Shown here: positions 17,233-22,451 of the stretch, piece by piece
Layout of the letters: every line of letters starts with the position of its first letter
Position numbering within the stretch: position 1 is the first letter of the stretch
Assembly (NCBI GenBank): GCA_031459535.1
Contig: JAVKIJ010000052.1
Location: 1-22,451, forward strand
From: Candidatus Fervidifonticultor quintus
Lineage (GTDB): Bacteria > Sysuimicrobiota > Sysuimicrobiia > Sysuimicrobiales > Humicultoraceae
Direction of reading: 5' to 3'
DNA: 22,451 nt
The notes under the pieces: generated by a model
Told to the model about the DNA's origin: nothing
The model's database searches: none
What the model saw: the letters and a program-made list of their open reading frames with translations, nothing else
Made by a program: the position numbers and the translations under genes

Positions 17233-19973
17233 TCCGGTTTACCGCGCCCGCAGCACTGGTGGGCCTGCTGGCCCTCCCGCTCCTGGCGCTGGCGCTGCGC
17301 GGCCGCGGCAGGAGGCGGGCGCTGGTGGCGCTGCGCACCGCGAGCGTGGCACTGCTCGTGCTCGGGGCCGCGGGGATGGAGATGGTGCGCGCGGTGCCCG
17401 ACCTGACCGTCGTCATCGCCGCGGACCGTTCCGACAGCCTAGGACCGGACGGTGCCCGCGCCATCCGCGCCTTCCTCGACGAGGTGCGCACGCGGGCCGG
17501 GGGAAGCCGCCGCGTCGGCCTGGTGACGTTCGGCGCCACTGCGATGCTGGAGGAGCCGCCGAACGCGCAGCCGCGTCTGGCGCTGGCGTCGCGTGTGCGC
17601 GGCGACGGAACCAACATCGCCGGCGCCATCCGTGCCGCGCTCCGCGTTCTGCCTGAGGGCAGCGGAGGGCGCATCGTGGTGTTGACCGACGGGCAGGCGA
17701 CGGCCGGAGACCTGCCGTCGGCACTGGCCGAGGTGTACCGCCGCGGCGTCGAACTCGCGGTGGTGCCCGTGGCGCCAGATCCTCCGCCGCCGGACGTCAT
17801 GATCGAAGAGGTCTCCATGCCCGCGCTCGGAGCCGTCGGTGAACGGTTGCCGGTGGCCGTGACGATCCGCGCGACGGCCCCGGCGGAGGGCGCGCTGCGG
17901 GTTCGGGCCAACGGCGCGCTGCTGCTGGCCCGGACGCTTTCCCTCCCGGTGGGGCGCACGCGAATTGACTTGGAACCCGAGGCGACGGCCGCCGGGCTCC
18001 TTCGTATCGAGGCGTCCATCGATGCCACGCCGGACGAGGAGCCCGGCAACAACCGCGCTTTCGCCCTCGGGTTTGTGAGTGGCCCGCCCTCCGTCCTCTA
18101 CGTTGCCGTCCAGCCCGGGCCGCTGGTCCGGGCGCTGGACGTGCAGGGCCTCCGTGTGCGACAGATCGCACCGGCAGCCCTGCCGGGGTCGCTGGCCGGC
18201 TATCAGTCGGTCGCGGCCGTGGTCCTCGACGACGTGCCCGCATATCTGCTCAGTGCGAAGCAGCAGGCGTCGCTGCGCGATTATGTGCGCCTGGCTGGCG
18301 GCGGGCTGGTCGCCGTCGGCGGCACCCAGAGCTTCGGCATCGGCGGCTACGCTGGCACACCCATCGAGGAGGCCCTGCCGGTCAGCATGGACGTCCGGCA
18401 CCGGCTGGCCATTCCCACCATGGCCATCGTGCTGGTCCTCGATGCCTCGGGCAGCATGGGGAGCTTTGGCACGGAGCTGGCCAAAGTCGAACTGGCCAAG
18501 GAGACCGCGCAGTCGGTGGTGGACCTGCTCGGAGATCGAGACCTCATCGGGGTGCTGGCCTTCGACCAGCAGCCGCGGTGGCTGGTACGGCCGACGCCGG
18601 CAACCGAGCGGGCGCGCATTCTCGAAGCGGTGAGCCGGATCAAGGCCGGGGGCGGCACCGTGCTGTATCCCGCGCTGGAGGCCGCCCGGGACGCGCTACG
18701 GCAGGTGGACGCCAGGGTCAAGCACGTGATCGTGCTCTCGGACGGGCAGACCGATCCCGGTGCGTTCCAGACACTGGTGACCGGGATGGCCGCCGAACGC
18801 ATGACCGTCAGCACCGTCGCCATTGGCCGCGACGCCGACGTGGAGATCATGCGCAACATCGCGGCCTGGGGACGCGGCCGCACGTATGTGGCGCGGGATA
18901 TCTACGGCATCCCGCAGATCTTGACCGCTGAGGCCATGCTCGCCGCCCGCGCCTACGTGGTGGAGGAGCGGTTCGTCCCAAAGAGGACCGGTACGCCGGG
19001 GGCCTTCGGCGATCTGGGCGCGGTGCCGGCGCTGCTGGGGTATCTGGCCGCGGCACCCAAGCCCGCGGCAGAAGTGGCGCTGCTCTCGCACCAGGACGAC
19101 CCGGTCGCGGCGTCGTGGACGTACGGCCTGGGCCGTGCGGTCGCCATCACCACCGATGCGCGGTACCGGTGGACGGCCGAGTGGGCGCGCTGGCCGCAGG
19201 CCGCGCGCTTCTGGTCGCAGGCGGTCCGGTGGGCTATGGCCCGACAGGCGCAGCCGCTGGACGTCCACGCCGAACCCGTGCCCGACGGGCTGCGTGTGGC
19301 GCTCGACGCGCGCGCGCCGGACGGAGAGCCGTACGTGGGCTGGGACGGTAGTGTGGCCCTGATCGGCGACAGCGGGATTGTCGGTGCCGCGCGGCTGTCG
19401 CAGAGGCGTCCGGGCTGGTACGACGCCACGTTGCCGATGCCCTCCCCCGGGGCCTACCTGATCAGGCTCACGGTCTCGGACAGCAAGGGCAACGCGGGCC
19501 GCGCCATGCTTCCGCTGGCCGTCCCGTACTCGCCGGAGCTGCGCCATGTGGGGCTCAACCGGGCCGTCATCTCGCAGATGGTCGAGACCGGGGGAGCGCG
19601 GGTGATCACCACGCCCCGGGAGGCCATGGCGCCGCCCCAGGTGCCGGCACGGCGATCCCAGCCGACCTGGCCGCTGTGCGCCGGCCTGGCGCTGACCGGA
19701 TTCGTGGCCGAGGTCGTCCTGCGCCGAATCCCGGCGATCGAGAACCACCTGGGCCGCCTCGCCGCCGCCACGGCCGCGTTCGTCCGGCGCGAGCCCTCGC
19801 CCGAACAGGTGGCAGGTGACGCGGAGTACGCGGCGGCGGATCGCTGGCGGATCGAGGAACCTGCCGAAGCTGCAGCACGGGCGGCCTCGATGGAGGCCGC
19901 GGCGCGACTCTACATCGCCCGCCTACGCCGCCAGCAATCCGATGAAGGCAACAGTGGATCAGCAGGCCGGTAG
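17229..19973 (+). CDS. Large membrane protein with two vWA domains and a glutamine-amidotransferase-like domain (914 aa)
   Basis: vWA1 DRSDS...GTNI...LTDG; Ig-like segment ending EPGNN; LRDYVRLAGGGLVAVGGTQSFGIGGY...EEALPV; vWA2 DASGSM...LSDG; YGLGRAVAITTD; YSPE; C-terminal TM helix. GTGA overlap. Confidence 0.92.
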   Translation: MIRFTAPAALVGLLALPLLALALRGRGRRRALVALRTASVALLVLGAAGMEMVRAVPDLTVVIAADRSDSLGPDGARAIRAFLDEVRTRAGGSRRVGLVTFGATAMLEEPPNAQPRLALASRVRGDGTNIAGAIRAALRVLPEGSGGRIVVLTDGQATAGDLPSALAEVYRRGVELAVVPVAPDPPPPDVMIEEVSMPALGAVGERLPVAVTIRATAPAEGALRVRANGALLLARTLSLPVGRTRIDLEPEATAAGLLRIEASIDATPDEEPGNNRAFALGFVSGPPSVLYVAVQPGPLVRALDVQGLRVRQIAPAALPGSLAGYQSVAAVVLDDVPAYLLSAKQQASLRDYVRLAGGGLVAVGGTQSFGIGGYAGTPIEEALPVSMDVRHRLAIPTMAIVLVLDASGSMGSFGTELAKVELAKETAQSVVDLLGDRDLIGVLAFDQQPRWLVRPTPATERARILEAVSRIKAGGGTVLYPALEAARDALRQVDARVKHVIVLSDGQTDPGAFQTLVTGMAAERMTVSTVAIGRDADVEIMRNIAAWGRGRTYVARDIYGIPQILTAEAMLAARAYVVEERFVPKRTGTPGAFGDLGAVPALLGYLAAAPKPAAEVALLSHQDDPVAASWTYGLGRAVAITTDARYRWTAEWARWPQAARFWSQAVRWAMARQAQPLDVHAEPVPDGLRVALDARAPDGEPYVGWDGSVALIGDSGIVGAARLSQRRPGWYDATLPMPSPGAYLIRLTVSDSKGNAGRAMLPLAVPYSPELRHVGLNRAVISQMVETGGARVITTPREAMAPPQVPARRSQPTWPLCAGLALTGFVAEVVLRRIPAIENHLGRLAAATAAFVRREPSPEQVAGDAEYAAADRWRIEEPAEAAARAASMEAAARLYIARLRRQQSDEGNSGSAGR

Positions 19974-19974
19974 C

Positions 19975-21225
19975 GTGCAGGCCTTCCCCCGTATGCGCGT
20001 CGCCATCAGGCAGATGCCGCGGCCGCAAGTGGCAGATCCCGAGCGGGCGACCGAGGAGGCGCTGGCAGGCCTCGACTTGGGGGCACGCCTGGCCGGCGGT
20101 CGCATCGCGGTGACCGCAGGAAGCCGCGGCATCAGGGACATTGTGCCGGTGCTGCGCGCCGCTGTCCGGTCCCTGCGGCGTTTGCGCGCCGAACCGGTGG
20201 TGGTGACCGCCATGGGCAGCCACGGCGGCGGGACCCCAGACGGCCAGCGGCGTGTGTTGGAGCGCCTGGGCATCAACGAGTCATCGGTGGGCGCGCCGAT
20301 CTCGACCGCCATGGAGGCAGTGGTCGTGGGCCGGACGCCTGGCGGCCTGGTCGCCTACTGCGATCGTGTAGCGGCGGCGTGCGACGGCATCCTGGTCGTC
20401 AACCGAGTCAAGCCGCACACCGCGTTTGACGGGCCGTTCGGCAGTGGTCTCATGAAGATGCTGGCCGTTGGCCTGGGCAAGGTCGAGGGCGCCAGCCAGA
20501 TCCACCGGCAGGGCCCCGCGCGGATCGCCGAGTCCATCGCGGCCATCGCCGGGGTCCACCTGGACCGCGGCATGGTCGTGGCGGGCCTTGCGATCGTTGA
20601 GAACAGCTACGACGAGACCGCGATCATCGAAGCGATTCCGCCCGAGCGGTTGGTGGAGCGCGAGCTGGCGCTGTTCGGGCAGGCCCAGGCCCTGGTCCCA
20701 CGGCTGCCCGTCGATGAACTCGACGTGCTGATTGTGGATGAGATGGGGAAGATCTATGCGGGCACCGGCATGGACACCAACGTCATTGGCCGGCGGCGCA
20801 TCGCCGGGATGCCCGAGCCGCCTGCTCCGCGTGTCGGCTGCCTGGTGGTCCTGCGGCTCTCCCCGCATTCAGAAGGGAACGCGCAGGGCATCGGGCTCGC
20901 CGACCTGACCACACAGCGGCTCGTGGACGCCATGGACCGGCACGTCACGTACACCAACACCATCACCAGCACCTTTCTCAACCGGGCCGCGATCCCGGTG
21001 ACGCTGCCGTCAGACCGGGAGGCGATCGCCGTCGCCCTGGATACGGTGGGGCTCGCCGATCCGCAGAAGGTGCGGATGATGAGGATTCCTAACACCCTGC
21101 ACCTTGAGCGCGTGCTGGTCTCCGACGCGGTGGCAGAAACACTGCGTGGCCTGCCGGGGATCGAGATCGGGCCCGAGGTGCCCTGGGCCTTCACCCCTGA
21201 CGGGCACCTGGCCGACCTGCCGTGA
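19975..21225 (+). CDS. Lactate racemase (LarA) N-terminal-domain / DUF362-like protein
   Basis: IAVTAGSRGI, AMGSHGG, VVNRVKPHTAF, SGLMKMLAVGLGK, GTGMDTNVIGR, GNAQGIGLAD, RIPNTLHL. Start GTG 19975 lies just after the upstream stop (alternative ATG 19942). Confidence 0.85.
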   Translation: MQAFPRMRVAIRQMPRPQVADPERATEEALAGLDLGARLAGGRIAVTAGSRGIRDIVPVLRAAVRSLRRLRAEPVVVTAMGSHGGGTPDGQRRVLERLGINESSVGAPISTAMEAVVVGRTPGGLVAYCDRVAAACDGILVVNRVKPHTAFDGPFGSGLMKMLAVGLGKVEGASQIHRQGPARIAESIAAIAGVHLDRGMVVAGLAIVENSYDETAIIEAIPPERLVERELALFGQAQALVPRLPVDELDVLIVDEMGKIYAGTGMDTNVIGRRRIAGMPEPPAPRVGCLVVLRLSPHSEGNAQGIGLADLTTQRLVDAMDRHVTYTNTITSTFLNRAAIPVTLPSDREAIAVALDTVGLADPQKVRMMRIPNTLHLERVLVSDAVAETLRGLPGIEIGPEVPWAFTPDGHLADLP

Positions 21226-22004
21226 GCCTTGGGGCCGCCGCTGCGCTGATGGCCGAGGCCCGGCGGGCCGTGGCCCTGACCGGTGCCGGCATCAGCACCG
21301 AGTCCGGGCTGCCGGACTTTCGCTCGCTCGGAGGCCTGTGGCAGGAAGCCGACCCGATGGCCGTGGCCTCCCGCACGGCTCTGGAGCGCCGGCCCGAGGC
21401 GTTCTACGCGTTTTATCGCGCCCGATTGGCCAAGCTGGCCGAGGCGCGTCCCAACCCGGGCCACCAAGCGCTCGCCGACCTGGAGCGCGCTGGTCGGGTG
21501 CAGACCATCATCACGCAGAACGTGGACGGCCTGCATCAAGCCGCCGGTTCCCGCCGGGTGATCGAGATTCACGGCAATCTCCGGGAGTCCGCATGCATCC
21601 TGTGCGGGGCCGTCGGGCCGATCAGCCTGCTGGTCGAGGCGCTGGACGCTGGCGGTCTGCCCCGGTGCGGGCGGTGCGGCGGGTTGCTCAAGCCCAACGT
21701 GGTCCTGTTCGAGGATCTGATGCCCCAGGCGGCGTGGCAGCAGGCCACAGAGGCTGCACGGACGTGCGATGTGATGCTCGTTGTGGGCTCATCGCTGCAG
21801 GTGACGCCCGCGGCCTCCTTGCCCCAGGAGGCGCTGGACTGCGGCGCCCGGCTGCTCATCATCAACCGCGAGTCCACGCCCTACGACCGGCAGGCCACGG
21901 TGGTCGCCCGCGGCGAGGCCGGGCGGATCCTCCCGCAGTTGGCCGCAGCGCTCTGCGGGACGGGCGCACCGGGGGAGGAGCCTGCTGCGCGCCTGCCGAA
22001 CTGA
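21222..22004 (+). CDS. cobB: NAD-dependent protein deacylase, Sir2 family
   Basis: [27 protein letters not shown], zinc site CILC...CGRC, KPNVVLF, GSSLQV. GTGA overlap with the upstream gene. Confidence 0.95.
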   Translation: MSLGAAAALMAEARRAVALTGAGISTESGLPDFRSLGGLWQEADPMAVASRTALERRPEAFYAFYRARLAKLAEARPNPGHQALADLERAGRVQTIITQNVDGLHQAAGSRRVIEIHGNLRESACILCGAVGPISLLVEALDAGGLPRCGRCGGLLKPNVVLFEDLMPQAAWQQATEAARTCDVMLVVGSSLQVTPAASLPQEALDCGARLLIINRESTPYDRQATVVARGEAGRILPQLAAALCGTGAPGEEPAARLPN

Positions 22005-22034
22005 ACGCACGAGGCGCGAGGCTTGACCAAGACG

Positions 22035-22055
22035 CGGCCCGGGGTTCCCGGGCCG
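22035..22055 (+). terminator. Perfect 9-bp GC hairpin after cobB (possible terminator or RNA-stability element)
   Basis: CGGCCCGGG-GTT-CCCGGGCCG followed by ATTCT, which is a poor U-tract. Confidence 0.35.
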
Positions 22056-22091
22056 ATTCTGCGTTCATGCGAGGCGAGGTGGCCAGGAGGG

Positions 22092-22451
22092 ATGGCGGAG
22101 GCAGAGATCGGTGTCTTCGGCGGCTCGGGGTTCTACTCGCTCCTGGAAGGTGCCCAGGAGGTCGAGGTCCAGACACCGTATGGGCCGCCCAGCGATGTGG
22201 TCACCATCGGCGAGATCGCCGGCCGGCGCGTGGCGTTCCTGCCGCGTCACGGGAGGAAGCACCAGTTCCCCCCGCACGCGATCAACTATCGGGCCAACAT
22301 CGCGGCCATGAAACAACTGGGGGTGATCCGGATCCTGGCCCCCAACGCCGCCGGGAGCCTGCACCCCCACATCCGGCCCGGGGATTTCGTCATCTGCGAT
22401 CAATTGGTGGACCGCACCAGCGGTCGACGTGACACGTTCTTCGACGGGCCG
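22092..22451 (+). CDS. mtnP: S-methyl-5'-thioadenosine phosphorylase (MTAP), 5' part, truncated by the window edge; absent from the ORF track
   Basis: RBS AGGAGG at 22085-22090, ATG 22092. Translates as MAEAEIGVFGGSGFYSLL...TPYGPPSD...VAFLPRHG...PPHAINYRANI...AGSL...PGDFVICDQLVDRT. Confidence 0.93.
   Translation, partial: MAEAEIGVFGGSGFYSLLEGAQEVEVQTPYGPPSDVVTIGEIAGRRVAFLPRHGRKHQFPPHAINYRANIAAMKQLGVIRILAPNAAGSLHPHIRPGDFVICDQLVDRTSGRRDTFFDGP

Noticed and set aside
21222-22004. Sir2 as an anti-phage NADase (Thoeris/DSR type)
   Set aside because: It is a stand-alone 260-aa protein with an intact zinc module and classic deacylase motifs, with no defence-gene context.
21104-22432. 442-aa alternative-frame ORF
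   Set aside because: Overlaps cobB and mtnP in another frame and is low-complexity, with no motifs.
1-22451. CRISPR arrays, tRNA/rRNA genes, prophage genes
   Set aside because: Intergenic gaps are all under about 100 nt, and I saw no spaced repeats, cloverleaf signatures or phage hallmark proteins.

Overview
High-GC bacterial chromosomal window. Every gene I can support lies on the + strand, and many overlap at their stop/start codons. In order: (1) the 3' end and right terminus of an IS481-family element; (2) a small PASTA-like ORF, then uppS-cdsA-dxr-rseP-ispG, then an MgtC-ACT gene and a rhomboid protease; (3) an archaeal-type methionine adenosyltransferase with its own promoter, and a beta-propeller lipoprotein; (4) a promoter and an FmdB zinc-ribbon gene; (5) a seven-gene MoxR AAA+/DUF58/vWA envelope module with an ABC-2-like permease but no ABC ATPase; (6) a LarA-like protein, a sirtuin and the 5' part of a methylthioadenosine phosphorylase. 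I see no RNA genes or CRISPR arrays. The least characterised parts are the MoxR/vWA/permease module, the archaeal-type MAT, an E-to-K change in the CdsA signature and the LarA-like/sirtuin/MTAP trio. All family assignments come from motifs recognised by eye; no searches were run.
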